A stretch of DNA of 64,000 bases from assembly GCA_965657355.1 (NCBI GenBank), contig CBFHOE010000007.1:96001-160000 (forward strand), in the 5' to 3' direction. The position numbers were made by a program, and so were the translations under genes. Positions 28,275-38,587 of this stretch are shown here, piece after piece. Numbering within the stretch: the stretch's first letter is position 1; each line of letters begins with the position of its first letter. A model generated the notes under the pieces. It was not told where the DNA came from and did not search any database. It saw only the letters and a list, made by a program, of their open reading frames with translations. This DNA is from Limisphaerales bacterium. GTDB taxonomy: Bacteria; Verrucomicrobiota; Verrucomicrobiia; Limisphaerales; JAJOIW01.

Positions 28275-28631
28275 TCAAGTATGGCGTGACGCAGCGCCCC
28301 CGGCGGGAGAAGGGCGGTCTGGCTGATGGGCGTTGTATATTTTTTTTCCAAAAACATCCACAGTATCAACTATTCCTATAATAACAGCATCCACGGGTGC
28401 GGATTTTAATTTTGCTGCAAGTCGGGCTGAACTACCTTGGCAAAAAATGACGAGTTCACCTTCTCCTGCCCCGACAGTGTCAACCGCGACTATGGTGTTC
28501 TTTCCAGCTCGAAACTTTGATGGGTCCAGGTCATCCACTAACTGTGGGCGAAGCATTAATAGCTTTTGCCCACTGATGCCTTCGTCTTTTTTGGTGGCTA
28601 CAACCGAACCTTCAACCCGAGCAAGAAACAT
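28275..28631 (-). CDS. BMC-P shell vertex protein (EutN/CcmL family) with C-terminal tail
   Basis: MFLARVEGSVVATKK, VAVDTVGAGEGE, GSSAR, PVDAVIIGIVD. Confidence 0.93.
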   Translation of the reverse strand: MFLARVEGSVVATKKDEGISGQKLLMLRPQLVDDLDPSKFRAGKNTIVAVDTVGAGEGELVIFCQGSSARLAAKLKSAPVDAVIIGIVDTVDVFGKKIYNAHQPDRPSPAGGAASRHT

Positions 28632-28667
28632 AAGTTCTACTTTCCTTAAGTATAGGCAAGGACAGGG

Positions 28668-28958
28668 TTATTTACCTTTTGTTTTTGGTAAGACAACACC
28701 GGTATCAGTGTGCGGACGAGCTATGACGTGAACGCTAACAAGGTCGCCTCCGATCGCTTTGACAGCGCTTGCCCCAGCATCAGTCGCTGCCTTTACAGCT
28801 GCCACATCTCCGACAACCACTGCCGTAACAAGAGCACTTCCAACTTGCGTCATCGGACCTGCAAGTTCTACGTTTGCCGCTTTTAACATCGCGTCGGTAC
28901 CTTCTACCAAGGCTACCAAACCACGAGTTTCTACCATTCCTATTGCTTGTTGAGCCAT
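28668..28958 (-). CDS. BMC-H shell hexamer protein
   Basis: [38 protein letters not shown]. Confidence 0.95.
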   Translation of the reverse strand: MAQQAIGMVETRGLVALVEGTDAMLKAANVELAGPMTQVGSALVTAVVVGDVAAVKAATDAGASAVKAIGGDLVSVHVIARPHTDTGVVLPKTKGK

Positions 28959-28978
28959 TTTTATATTTTTAATTTAAA

Positions 28979-30172
28979 TTATTGTTTGTTTTTGTTTTCG
29001 ATAAATCTTTTAACTTCTCTCGCAACCACTAATTCTTCATTGGCTGGGACGACAAAAATTTTCGTTTTGCTATTCTGGGTAGATATTTGACCTTCGCTAC
29101 CCCGGATGGAGTTATTTGCCTGTGGGTCAACCTCGATACCTATATCTGTTAAACCACTGCAGATTTTTGATCTTATTTCTGCTCTGTGTTCACCTATTCC
29201 AGCAGTGAAAACTAAGGCGTCTAGTCCTCCCATTTGAAACATAAAAGCTCCTACCCAATGACGAGCGAGGTGGATCAAATAATCTATAGCAAGTTGAGCG
29301 TCTGTATTTCCTTTTTCTGCTGCATCTCCTATATCCCGAATGTCATTAGAGACTCCTGAGAGGCCGAGTAAGCCCGAATCATTGCTTAAAGCATTCTCAG
29401 CATCTTCGTAGGTTATTCCTGTTCGCCTCATCATCAGAGGAACAGCAAATGAATCAAGATCTCCTACCCGGTTGTTCTGAGGCAATCCCGACTGAGGGCT
29501 GAACCCCATACTGTTGCCTATGGCAACACCATTTAAAATTCCAGTCACAGATGAACTACCTCCAAGATGTAATGACACAACCCTCAGATTCTTATCAAAC
29601 GTGCGACTCGTATCCACATTGATATACAATTCACGCACGCGTTGGGCTATATCAAATCGCCCTAAAAGTTCGGCAGAGCGCTCGGCAATAAACTTATGAC
29701 TTGCCCCATGAAAACCCCAACGACGAATACCAGCTTCATACCAGCTCTTTGGCACCGCGTATCGTTTTGCAGCTTCAGGCATCCATTGGTAAAAGGCAGT
29801 TTCAAAAAGACCAACCATTGGTACGCCAGGCAATGCATTACGAAGCTGGTTAACACCCTCTATGTAAGGAGGGTTGTGAGCTGGAGCTAAATCGTTACAT
29901 CGAGCCATGGCCTTAATGACACTTTCATCCAATTCGAGGCAACCCGTGACGCCATCTGCGACAACGGTCTTGAACCCGACACCACCAAGCTCTGTTTTGT
30001 TATCGAGATACCCCTGTGATAGTAATTGTTCAAGGCAATCGTTCAAAGCAGCTTCATAGTCATCAACCCGCTCATATCCACCTTTAGCCATGACGGTAGC
30101 ACTTTCACCATCGAAAGCAATCAGGCGGTATTTGAACGAGGTTGATCCTAAATTAGCTACAAGTATTTTCAT
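28979..30172 (-). CDS. ackA: Acetate/propionate kinase family enzyme, BMC-associated
   Basis: ILVANLGSTSFKY, LAPAHNP, GFHGASH, HLG, SMGFSP, FTAGIGE, PANEELVVA. Confidence 0.85.
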   Translation of the reverse strand: MKILVANLGSTSFKYRLIAFDGESATVMAKGGYERVDDYEAALNDCLEQLLSQGYLDNKTELGGVGFKTVVADGVTGCLELDESVIKAMARCNDLAPAHNPPYIEGVNQLRNALPGVPMVGLFETAFYQWMPEAAKRYAVPKSWYEAGIRRWGFHGASHKFIAERSAELLGRFDIAQRVRELYINVDTSRTFDKNLRVVSLHLGGSSSVTGILNGVAIGNSMGFSPQSGLPQNNRVGDLDSFAVPLMMRRTGITYEDAENALSNDSGLLGLSGVSNDIRDIGDAAEKGNTDAQLAIDYLIHLARHWVGAFMFQMGGLDALVFTAGIGEHRAEIRSKICSGLTDIGIEVDPQANNSIRGSEGQISTQNSKTKIFVVPANEELVVAREVKRFIENKNKQ

Positions 30173-30223
30173 TACCAGCCACTACCGGGAGAATTTATAA
30201 CGCAAGCGGGAGTTGTATTAGCT

Positions 30224-30502
30224 TTAGGCTAACCATGTCCCAAGCTTTTGTAAGTCTTCGTGCGGCCTAGGGATCACTTGAACAGCGACAACTTCACCTA
30301 TTTGAGCGGCAGCGGCGGCACCAGCGTCTGTAGCAGCTTTAACAGCGGCGACATCCCCTTGAAAAAAACCAGTAACAAAACCGCTACCAACTTTTTCCCA
30401 GCCAGTCAGGGTTACTTCAGCCGCTTTAAGAGCAGCATCAGATGCTTCTAACAAAGCACACATCCCTTTGGTTTCGATCATTCCTATTGCTTTTTGAGCC
30501 AT
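30224..30502 (-). CDS. BMC-H shell hexamer protein
   Basis: [37 protein letters not shown]. Confidence 0.95.
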   Translation of the reverse strand: MAQKAIGMIETKGMCALLEASDAALKAAEVTLTGWEKVGSGFVTGFFQGDVAAVKAATDAGAAAAAQIGEVVAVQVIPRPHEDLQKLGTWLA

Positions 30503-30528
30503 ATGATTTTTCCTTATTTTTGTTTCTG

Positions 30529-30816
30529 TTACTTAGATGCGGCAGGAGGGTTGATAAATGCTTTTAGCAAGTCCTGATGAGGACGAGCTAAAAGGTGACT
30601 ACTCACAAGTTCACCTACTCTTCCAGCAGCGTGCGAACCAGCATCGACAGCCGCTTTCACACTTCCTACATCGCCTTTGGCCAACACTGTGATAAAACCA
30701 CCACCTGTAGGGAGTGTTTTTACCAAACTAACGTTAGCTGCCTTAACCATGGCATCCGATGCTTCTACTGCACCGACATAACCTTTGGTCTCTATCATTC
30801 CTAATGCTTCGCTCAT
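30529..30816 (-). CDS. BMC-H shell hexamer protein
   Basis: [36 protein letters not shown]. Confidence 0.95.
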   Translation of the reverse strand: MSEALGMIETKGYVGAVEASDAMVKAANVSLVKTLPTGGGFITVLAKGDVGSVKAAVDAGSHAAGRVGELVSSHLLARPHQDLLKAFINPPAASK

Positions 30817-30870
30817 GACCTTATTCCTTTTAAATATGAGTTATTGGTTATTATAAATCGTTTGTAAATT

Positions 30871-31566
30871 TCACTTGATAAGCTCACAGAAACTGTCTGG
30901 CCTTAGCCCGCAGGCATTGCCCTCATCAGTATCGATGTGAACTTCTAATTTAAAACTAGGATCAACCCTGACTAACATGTTTTCGAGAACTGCTCCGCAC
31001 TCACCACCTATCCTAAGTTTCATATAATCTCCAGCCTCTACTCCGTACCTAGCGGCGTCATCCGGGTGCATATGAACATGCCGCTTTGCTCGAATAACAC
31101 CCTCATTCATTTCAAAATATCCAGCTGGCCCCATCAACATACATCCCGTACTGCCTGCAATATCTCCACTAGATCTCAAAGGTATGTCGTAGCCCAGAGA
31201 AACGGCATCAGTATATGATAACTCCACCTGATTCAATGTCCTACAAGGGCCTAAGATTCTGAGATTGGAGATAACTCGACTTCTCGGACCAATCAAAGTC
31301 ACAGCCTCTTTCGCAGCATATTGCCCCTCCTGATAGAGGTATTTCATCGGCGTCAAACTCTTACCTTGACCAAAGAGCTGCTCCACAGCCTCAGCGGTTA
31401 AATGGCAATGGCGGGCACTAACATTGACTACGAGTGGATTGGCCGACTGTTGAGCACAACCACCCGCTACCGCCGTACGAGGAGCACGGCTGTAAACCGC
31501 TTTGCGGACCATTTCTTCGACTACCGACCGTGGTAATGCTGATAGATCTTTTCCAGATATTGACAC
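30871..31566 (-). CDS. pduL: Phosphate propanoyltransferase (PduL phosphotransacylase) with N-terminal encapsulation peptide
   Basis: VSARHCHL, RILGP, LRSSGD, RHVHM, EVHIDTDEGNA; N-terminal helix PRSVVEEMVRKAVY; GTG start. Confidence 0.93.
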   Translation of the reverse strand: MSISGKDLSALPRSVVEEMVRKAVYSRAPRTAVAGGCAQQSANPLVVNVSARHCHLTAEAVEQLFGQGKSLTPMKYLYQEGQYAAKEAVTLIGPRSRVISNLRILGPCRTLNQVELSYTDAVSLGYDIPLRSSGDIAGSTGCMLMGPAGYFEMNEGVIRAKRHVHMHPDDAARYGVEAGDYMKLRIGGECGAVLENMLVRVDPSFKLEVHIDTDEGNACGLRPDSFCELIK

Positions 31567-31651
31567 GTTGTGAATCTTATCTCATTAATGTTTTGAAATA
31601 GTCAATCAAAATCTTGCATAATGCGTCATTTTCTAGCAAACTTTCTATCAG

Positions 31652-32407
31652 ATGAGTGCAGAAGAGAGGAGATTTAGAATTGGCAGCTACCTACAAAAAG
31701 TGGAATTTGCCTCTTTGGACGAGCTTGCCGATCATGTAAATGCCTCTGTATCAACTATTAGACGTGATTTAAGCGCGCTTGAATACGAAGGAAATATCAA
31801 GAGAACACATGGTGGCGCCCGAGTTACAAATCAAAGAAACGAGGATTCCACCTTCTTCAACCGCGGCCTGGGTGAAGAAAACGGAAAGGAAAGAATTGGA
31901 ATTTCTTGCACTAATTTGATAGATCCGAACCAAACTGTGATATGTGATGCAGGCACAACGGTTTTTCTTGCTGCGAAGCAACTAGAGTCAAAGACACCTC
32001 AAATTATCACAAATTCTTTACCTATCGCCGCTCATTATGCCAGTAACAGCTACCTCGAAGTCATTGTCACAGGAGGCGTGATTTACCCAAGGCTAGGTGT
32101 GTTAGTTGGGCCATTAGCTGTGGATGCCTTCAAAAAAATGAATGTAGATGTCGCTATCATGGGTGCTGGCGGCTTAACCGAGGAGGGAATTACCAATAGC
32201 CATGTTCTTTTGATCGACATACAAAAAGCCATGATGGCCGCTGCTAGCAAGGTGATTCTTTGCCTAGATCACACCAAAATTGGAAGAAAATCTGTCACCA
32301 AGCTTTGTGATTTGGATCAAATTGACACTCTCATCACAACCAGGCCTTTACCGGAAAACCTTGAAAAGAAATTAATCGATAACGGCACGGAGATTATCAT
32401 AGCTTGA
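31652..32407 (+). CDS. DeoR/GlpR family transcriptional regulator of the BMC locus
   Basis: ELA...ASVSTIRRDL, RTHGGA, DAGTT, ITNSL, LDHTKIG. Confidence 0.93.
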   Translation: MSAEERRFRIGSYLQKVEFASLDELADHVNASVSTIRRDLSALEYEGNIKRTHGGARVTNQRNEDSTFFNRGLGEENGKERIGISCTNLIDPNQTVICDAGTTVFLAAKQLESKTPQIITNSLPIAAHYASNSYLEVIVTGGVIYPRLGVLVGPLAVDAFKKMNVDVAIMGAGGLTEEGITNSHVLLIDIQKAMMAAASKVILCLDHTKIGRKSVTKLCDLDQIDTLITTRPLPENLEKKLIDNGTEIIIA

Positions 32408-32429
32408 TGACCAAGGTTCCATAACCCGT

Positions 32430-35400
32430 TCATTCTCCTTTTGTGCTTCTCAAAAAATTAATGATGGAAGCAATCTCGGTTGGTTTTAAAATTTCAGCGA
32501 AATTTGATGGCATCAATGAAACTGGGTGAGATGTCATATTCTCAATATCTTTTTTCAAAAGCGTTCTTAATTGACCTCCCGGAAACGACAAGGTGACACT
32601 TGTGGGTGATTCAGAGGAAAATAATCCTACAAAATCGGGTCCTTTTCTCATTTCAAGTCTAACCGTTTGGTAGCCTTCAGTGATTGCTTCATTAGGAAAA
32701 AGAATATCCCTCAATATTGTTTCAGGTGCTCGCTGGAATTCAGAATCCAGGTTAGGGCCGGCGATTTGCCCTACCCCGCGGGACTGATGGCAAACGGAGC
32801 AATAATTAGTAAATAGATCTCTTCCTGAATTATGCTCTTTTGTGGGTTTTGATTTACTTAGCTCCGACAAAAAAGAAGGAAAACGTTTTTCAATGTTTTT
32901 CAATATTTCCTCACTGGGCAATAATGGGATGGCAACTTCTAGTCTCTCCCCTCTCAATTCAGCGCTCAAAGCTGATCTTAGTATTTTTGAGTATTTTTCT
33001 AGACCGAATCCAGGTGGTTTATCGTTGATTGATATTAATGCTTTCTGAATTTGATTATGATTTTTACGGTCTGCAATGATTTTCACCAGAGCTTCAATAA
33101 AATTGTTATTGTGGGAGTTTTCATCCAGCAGCTTGGACAGCAGCGCCTCTTCACGATTTGATGTGGAGCTTAAAATAGCGATATCCATCCATGAAATATC
33201 AATGTGGTGATTAACAAGAAATAACAACCCACTTAAAGATCTATCACTATTGAATTCACCAAGACTAAGTGCAATTTGTAGTAGCAGCCGAGGTTGATTA
33301 CCATAGTGAGCAGGATTGGCGAGCCAATCCCCAATGCATGATTTAACAGGTGACGAATGAGGATAGGAGTCTCCAATTATCAAAGCATGCCGCCTTACAG
33401 ACCAATCATCATGAAAAAGTGCCTTGTTGATATCTTCGGGATCTAATATGCCTAATCCATCAAGGGTATAGAGAGCGTTAATTACACCAGCTGGCTCAGC
33501 CTTGTTTAGCCATACTTTGAGAATATTTTTTGAAGCTTTGGACTGGTTCTCAATTAGCAATCTTCGTGCTGTTTCTCTTTGCCATGCCCTAACACTTCCA
33601 ATTTTGGAAGCCAGCTGTGAGTCGGATAAGCCAGACAAGTCGGCTGACTGGTTTGCAACAGCTTTTTCATAGCTCAAGCGCCATACTCTTCCGTGGTGCA
33701 TGCCGTTAATAAGGCCGTATTGCTGCTGTAAGTATCTGGGTATTGCAGAATAGTCTTCGATAATTTCCCTGTAAAAATCTGTAATGTAGATAGCACCGTC
33801 TGGGCCGTGGGTAAGATTAATTGGATGAAACCATGAGTCAGTGGAGGCAAGGAATTCGGTATTAGTCGTTTCAGATTGGGCCGATTGATAATAATTCTCG
33901 ACAAGTTTATATTCGTAATTATCCCATAGCGCAGGATTTTCATTAATTATCTTTCGAACTTCCTCTGGGATGAGACTGCGTTTAAGTTTAAAATAAAACC
34001 CACTGGAATTATTACCATTGACGATTTTCATTAAGACTGAATTTGTTCCCTTTCGCAATGGGAGAACGACTCTTTCTTGATCGGCAGCAAGGCTACGATT
34101 AACGTTGTTTTCTAATAATAGTTCTCCATTTAGCCAAAACTTAATTCCATCATTACTACCCAGTGAAGCGTAGACTGCACCTTCCTCTTGACTAGTTAAT
34201 GTTCGGAATAAATAAATCGCAGCATTTTCTTTAAGGCCCAAATCAATAAGCACATCGTCTTTGAAGGAATTTTTGTATTCCCAATGCTTCGCAAAACTAG
34301 TTTGGTCTTTATCGAATAATTTTTCAGGACCAAGGTCATCATTGAATAATGAATTTTTGTCGAGACCACTAAAAGGGCCTAATATCTGCCATGGGCTGGT
34401 TATAGGTAACTCAGCAACCTCGTGATTAGATGTCAATTTCTGAGCCCATGCCTTAACAACCGCCGGATCGGGTACTATTCCCCCTCTGACAAGCTGCATC
34501 ACTGGCCCATTCCAGCGCACTAATGACAAGTGCACAAGGTTTTGGGCCGGTTCACATGTGAAATTAGCCCCACGAAAATATTCCGGAAAAGCGGTATCTC
34601 GGTATACAAAAGGAGAACAGGCGGAGGTAAAATAGCCACTCGGAACAGATTCAGTCAGTCCATACCTATCGGTATAGTATTTCGAAAATCCAGGATCTTC
34701 ATACCGGCGAGTCCTCCAAGGGTGGGGCTTGGAAATTGGGAATGTTTTTTGGTAAGAGGCGGCATTCCGCTCCATTGAGGTTATAGCTAATTCTGAGTTT
34801 CGACTTAAATATCTCCACGGCAAGGGTATGACTTGGTAGCCTGGGGTCCCAGTGCTAATTGTTATGCGATCTCCACCAGCAGTAAAAGTGTGACCAAAGG
34901 TGCCTGTCTGGCCCCCGACGGCTTCGATAGCACTCCCATCTGGTTTAATTCTAAAATCTGTTTTACCTAAGGCAACAGGTTCGTTTAAGTGAGGCCCTGT
35001 AATGCGATCAGCTTTCCCCCCACTCCCTATATAGATCCAATTGTCTAACCCCCATTGAGGAGCGTTTATGCGCCGTTCAAGAACTCCTTCCTCAAATCCA
35101 CTGAAAAGGATTTCACGAATATCTGAAACTCCGTCATTATCGGTATCAGCAAGGTAAATTATATGAGGGGCACAGACTGCAATAATACCTTTTCGAGCTG
35201 GAACCATTCCAAAGCACGGAGGCAAATCTTTGGCAAACACAACCACCCTATCCATTAAACCATCACTGTTCTCATCAAAGAGTTGTTTGATAACTCCGTA
35301 AGTGTTTGCTTCAGCTTTTTTCTTAGCTTCCTCGTTTGCCTGTATACGGCGAACAACCTTATCTAATTGTCCTTTTTTATTAAGCTCTTCAATGTCGTAG

Positions 35401-35663
35401 TGACCTTCAAGATTATAACCATGCAATTCACTAACATATAGCCGCCCAGCCTCATCCCAACAAATTCCGGATGGCGCCTGAATAAGCGGCTCTGAAGCAA
35501 CAAGATCTATGTGAAAACCAGGTTGTAATTGAAACGCCTTAGCGCTCTGGCCGGGAGTAAGCGGTTTAGGGCCGTCGTCAGCATACTTCACTTCGCCTCT
35601 TGAAAAAACTGGATAGAGGAAAAAGGTAAGTAGCATAAAGTAAAAAAACTGCGAGAGCATCAT
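32430..35663 (-). CDS. PVC-type beta-propeller/HEAT/heme-c protein with an inserted beta-sandwich domain
   Basis: Signal peptide; FQLQPGFHIDLVASEP, WGLDNWIY, EFLASTDSWFHP, GPDGAIYITDFYR; CSVCH, GPNL, SLMP. Confidence 0.85.
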   Translation of the reverse strand: MMLSQFFYFMLLTFFLYPVFSRGEVKYADDGPKPLTPGQSAKAFQLQPGFHIDLVASEPLIQAPSGICWDEAGRLYVSELHGYNLEGHYDIEELNKKGQLDKVVRRIQANEEAKKKAEANTYGVIKQLFDENSDGLMDRVVVFAKDLPPCFGMVPARKGIIAVCAPHIIYLADTDNDGVSDIREILFSGFEEGVLERRINAPQWGLDNWIYIGSGGKADRITGPHLNEPVALGKTDFRIKPDGSAIEAVGGQTGTFGHTFTAGGDRITISTGTPGYQVIPLPWRYLSRNSELAITSMERNAASYQKTFPISKPHPWRTRRYEDPGFSKYYTDRYGLTESVPSGYFTSACSPFVYRDTAFPEYFRGANFTCEPAQNLVHLSLVRWNGPVMQLVRGGIVPDPAVVKAWAQKLTSNHEVAELPITSPWQILGPFSGLDKNSLFNDDLGPEKLFDKDQTSFAKHWEYKNSFKDDVLIDLGLKENAAIYLFRTLTSQEEGAVYASLGSNDGIKFWLNGELLLENNVNRSLAADQERVVLPLRKGTNSVLMKIVNGNNSSGFYFKLKRSLIPEEVRKIINENPALWDNYEYKLVENYYQSAQSETTNTEFLASTDSWFHPINLTHGPDGAIYITDFYREIIEDYSAIPRYLQQQYGLINGMHHGRVWRLSYEKAVANQSADLSGLSDSQLASKIGSVRAWQRETARRLLIENQSKASKNILKVWLNKAEPAGVINALYTLDGLGILDPEDINKALFHDDWSVRRHALIIGDSYPHSSPVKSCIGDWLANPAHYGNQPRLLLQIALSLGEFNSDRSLSGLLFLVNHHIDISWMDIAILSSTSNREEALLSKLLDENSHNNNFIEALVKIIADRKNHNQIQKALISINDKPPGFGLEKYSKILRSALSAELRGERLEVAIPLLPSEEILKNIEKRFPSFLSELSKSKPTKEHNSGRDLFTNYCSVCHQSRGVGQIAGPNLDSEFQRAPETILRDILFPNEAITEGYQTVRLEMRKGPDFVGLFSSESPTSVTLSFPGGQLRTLLKKDIENMTSHPVSLMPSNFAEILKPTEIASIINFLRSTKGE

Positions 35664-35765
35664 GAGATAAAATTAGTGGTATCAAGATCTAACAGACAAG
35701 AATAAAGCTGCACCAATCACTGGCACAGTTCTATTATATAAATTAATCTTTCAAGGTCTATTATA

Positions 35766-36845
35766 TTACTTTTTATCTATGAGCTTTACCATGGCTCGCC
35801 CCATAGCTTCACCAACGTTCATATATGTTTCTGCGTTGCCATTGTAATGCCCACCTGAACTCCCGCCTTTTGACAAAGGATGCGTGTAGACAGCGGCAAC
35901 GTTGCCTTTGAATTCAGGGTATTTCCCTGATTTTCCATCGACAGCTAGCATGGCATCCAGAATTTTTTTTCCATTTCCGGTATCTTCCATTTTAGTTTGG
36001 CCGAGTGTAGCACAAACGAAATCTGCATTCGGGCTATTAAATTCCTTTCTTAGCTGTTTGATCAAATTAACAAGGTTTTTTTCATAATGATGAGAAAGAG
36101 CCTCACTGCGACTATCTCGATCACCCTGCCACCAAAAAAATCCAGCGATTTTGTATTCAGTCGCACCTGGATAATATTTATTGAGCTCACTGAGAACTTT
36201 TTTAGCACGTGCGATGTCTCCGTCATATTGCATTCCTGCATACCAGTTGATTCTTTCAGGATTAGTACCTTTCTTCCAGCGCTCAGGAGACCCTTTATAG
36301 CCAGGATGCACCCAAGTAATTCCTTTTGAATCTGTATATTCATACCCTTTACTCCCTGGCGGCAGTAGATCCCATCCCAGAGCACGATTTCCAATACAAC
36401 TCTTAAGGATCATGACTGGCGCGTCTGTCGTTTGGCCAAGATGATGGCCAATGCCAATCTCGGGCCCGATCCTACCGCTTTTCACAGTCATCCACTCATT
36501 GTTGATTAATCTGCTGCCACCGGTGCCACTGCCCATGACTCTTACATTTCTGACGTCTTTTCGTTCGGTCCAATTTCCTTCATCGTCGACGAGATAGGGA
36601 TATAGTTTTTTCTCTTTCACTGCGTGTTTTAAAGACCCTTCAGGATTTCCTTTACCAGGGTCGATCTTACCGAAGCCAAGCATGTTAGATTGACCAAGCA
36701 AAATATAAACCTGAACCGGCTTAGTCATATCGGCCGATTTTCCATCAGGGTCTGAGAGTGTATTCGATTTATCTGCAGCTAACGCCGCAGTTGAAAGCAA
36801 CAAAAGAGATGCACAAAAAAGATTGATTGAGGAAAAAAATTTCAT
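35766..36845 (-). CDS. Sialate O-acetylesterase-like (SASA/DUF303, SGNH) carbohydrate esterase
   Basis: Signal peptide MKFFSS...AALA; GQSNMLG, IGPEIG, WWQG, GHYNGNAETY; start moved to ATG 36845. Confidence 0.8.
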   Translation of the reverse strand: MKFFSSINLFCASLLLLSTAALAADKSNTLSDPDGKSADMTKPVQVYILLGQSNMLGFGKIDPGKGNPEGSLKHAVKEKKLYPYLVDDEGNWTERKDVRNVRVMGSGTGGSRLINNEWMTVKSGRIGPEIGIGHHLGQTTDAPVMILKSCIGNRALGWDLLPPGSKGYEYTDSKGITWVHPGYKGSPERWKKGTNPERINWYAGMQYDGDIARAKKVLSELNKYYPGATEYKIAGFFWWQGDRDSRSEALSHHYEKNLVNLIKQLRKEFNSPNADFVCATLGQTKMEDTGNGKKILDAMLAVDGKSGKYPEFKGNVAAVYTHPLSKGGSSGGHYNGNAETYMNVGEAMGRAMVKLIDKK

Positions 36846-36969
36846 ATCGGATATTTCAAAGCCATAACATATGACTTCAATTTTATCAACTTTGGACAAA
36901 AGCCCTATTTCCCGATACAAAACAATAAATGAAACTTCAGAAGCTTGATGCTCAGCCTATATCTTAAGA

Positions 36970-38523
36970 CTAAAGTCCCAATTTGTCCTCAGCAACATGG
37001 TAATTTGGGTCCTCAAGAATATTGACTTCTACTATGTCTGAGGCTTTTTTAAGAAGGCGATGGCAGTCTTTGCTGAGGTGGCGAATATGCAATTTTGTCC
37101 CCTGATTGAGATACCTTTCTGTGAGAGTATTGATAGCTTCGATTCCGGAATGATCACAGACTCTAGAGTCTTTAAAATCAATTATAACATCTTCAGGGTC
37201 ATTGCTTGGATTGAACTTTTCCTGAAATTGTTTTACTGATGCAAAGAACAAAGGACCTTTTAAAAGGTACATTTTAGTACCGTGATCATTGGTTGTTTCA
37301 ACAACATGAATCTGCTTCGCGCTTTTCCAGGCGAACACTAAGGCAGAGACTAAAACTCCAATGAGCACCGCAAGAGCTAGATCCGTAAATACAGTGACAG
37401 TTGAGACAAGAATAACAACAAACATGTCGGCCTTTGGTATGCGCCCAAAAAGTCGAAGCGAGGACCATTCAAATGTTCCGAGAACAACCATCATCATCAC
37501 TCCGGTAAGCGCTGCTAGTGGGATCATCTCAATGTAGCGAGAACCAAATAAAATAAAAATCAAAAGAAAGACTGCCGCTGAAATTCCAGACGAGCGGCCA
37601 CGGCCACCTGAGCGTATATTGATCATACTTTGACCGATCATCGCACAGCCCCCCATTCCGCCAAAGAAACCAGTTAAAATGTTAGCAGCACCCTGGCCTA
37701 TGCATTCTTTATTTCCATGACCGCGAGTTTCAGTCAATTCATCAATAAGTGACATGGTCATGAGTGATTCGATTAGTCCGACAGCAGCCATGATCACCGA
37801 ATATTCCCAAATAATACTTAAAGTCTCAAAATTTAAAGGTACGGAAAACCACTTCCAAGTAGGTAAGCCACCACCGATACCAGCTAAATCACCCACAGTC
37901 TGAGAACGCGTATCTGTGGTATACTGAATAAGGAGGGCGACTCCAGTGACAAAAAGGATTGCAGCCAAAGACGATGGAATAGCTTTAGTCCACTTTGGCA
38001 AGAAATGTATAACAGCCATGGTTAGACCAACAAGTCCAAGCATAAGATACAAATCGATACCAGTTTTCCAGGCGGCATCAGCTTTAGTTGGGTCTAAGGT
38101 AAATTGCGGAATCTGAGCGAGAAAAATAACTATCGCCAAGCCATTGACAAACCCAAGCATGACAGGATGAGGAACCAGACGAATAAACTTCCCTAAACGA
38201 AAAAGACCTACAATTATTTGAATAATTCCCATGAGCACCACCGTGGGGAATAAATACTCTACACCATGCTCGGCAACGAGGGACACGCAGACCACGGCAA
38301 GGGCTCCTGTGGCACCCGAAATCATTCCAGGGCGCCCCCCAAAAACTGAAGTTATGAGCCCAACAATAAATGCGGCGTAAAGGCCGACCAATGGGGCCAC
38401 TCCGGCAACAAATGCAAATGCAACTGCCTCTGGAACCAGGGCTAGTGCGACTGTCAATCCTGACAGCAAATCATCTTTAGCATGGAAACGCTTTCCATAC
38501 TTTCGGTAAATTAAAGCAAACAT
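36970..38523 (-). CDS. SulP/SLC26 inorganic anion transporter with STAS domain
   Basis: [59 protein letters not shown]. Confidence 0.93.
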   Translation of the reverse strand: MFALIYRKYGKRFHAKDDLLSGLTVALALVPEAVAFAFVAGVAPLVGLYAAFIVGLITSVFGGRPGMISGATGALAVVCVSLVAEHGVEYLFPTVVLMGIIQIIVGLFRLGKFIRLVPHPVMLGFVNGLAIVIFLAQIPQFTLDPTKADAAWKTGIDLYLMLGLVGLTMAVIHFLPKWTKAIPSSLAAILFVTGVALLIQYTTDTRSQTVGDLAGIGGGLPTWKWFSVPLNFETLSIIWEYSVIMAAVGLIESLMTMSLIDELTETRGHGNKECIGQGAANILTGFFGGMGGCAMIGQSMINIRSGGRGRSSGISAAVFLLIFILFGSRYIEMIPLAALTGVMMMVVLGTFEWSSLRLFGRIPKADMFVVILVSTVTVFTDLALAVLIGVLVSALVFAWKSAKQIHVVETTNDHGTKMYLLKGPLFFASVKQFQEKFNPSNDPEDVIIDFKDSRVCDHSGIEAINTLTERYLNQGTKLHIRHLSKDCHRLLKKASDIVEVNILEDPNYHVAEDKLGL

Positions 38524-38587
38524 GGATAAATAACGAACTTGCTTGAGAATTCGAAAAGGGGAACCTTCGGGATCGGAAGGAGCGAGC

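Larger units (their letters stand above)
23765..32407. other. PVM-type bacterial microcompartment locus
   Basis: Co-oriented pduL, BMC-H, BMC-H, kinase, BMC-H, BMC-P, AldDH, BMC-P, BMC-P, class II aldolase, TIM-barrel protein; divergent DeoR. Confidence 0.92.
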
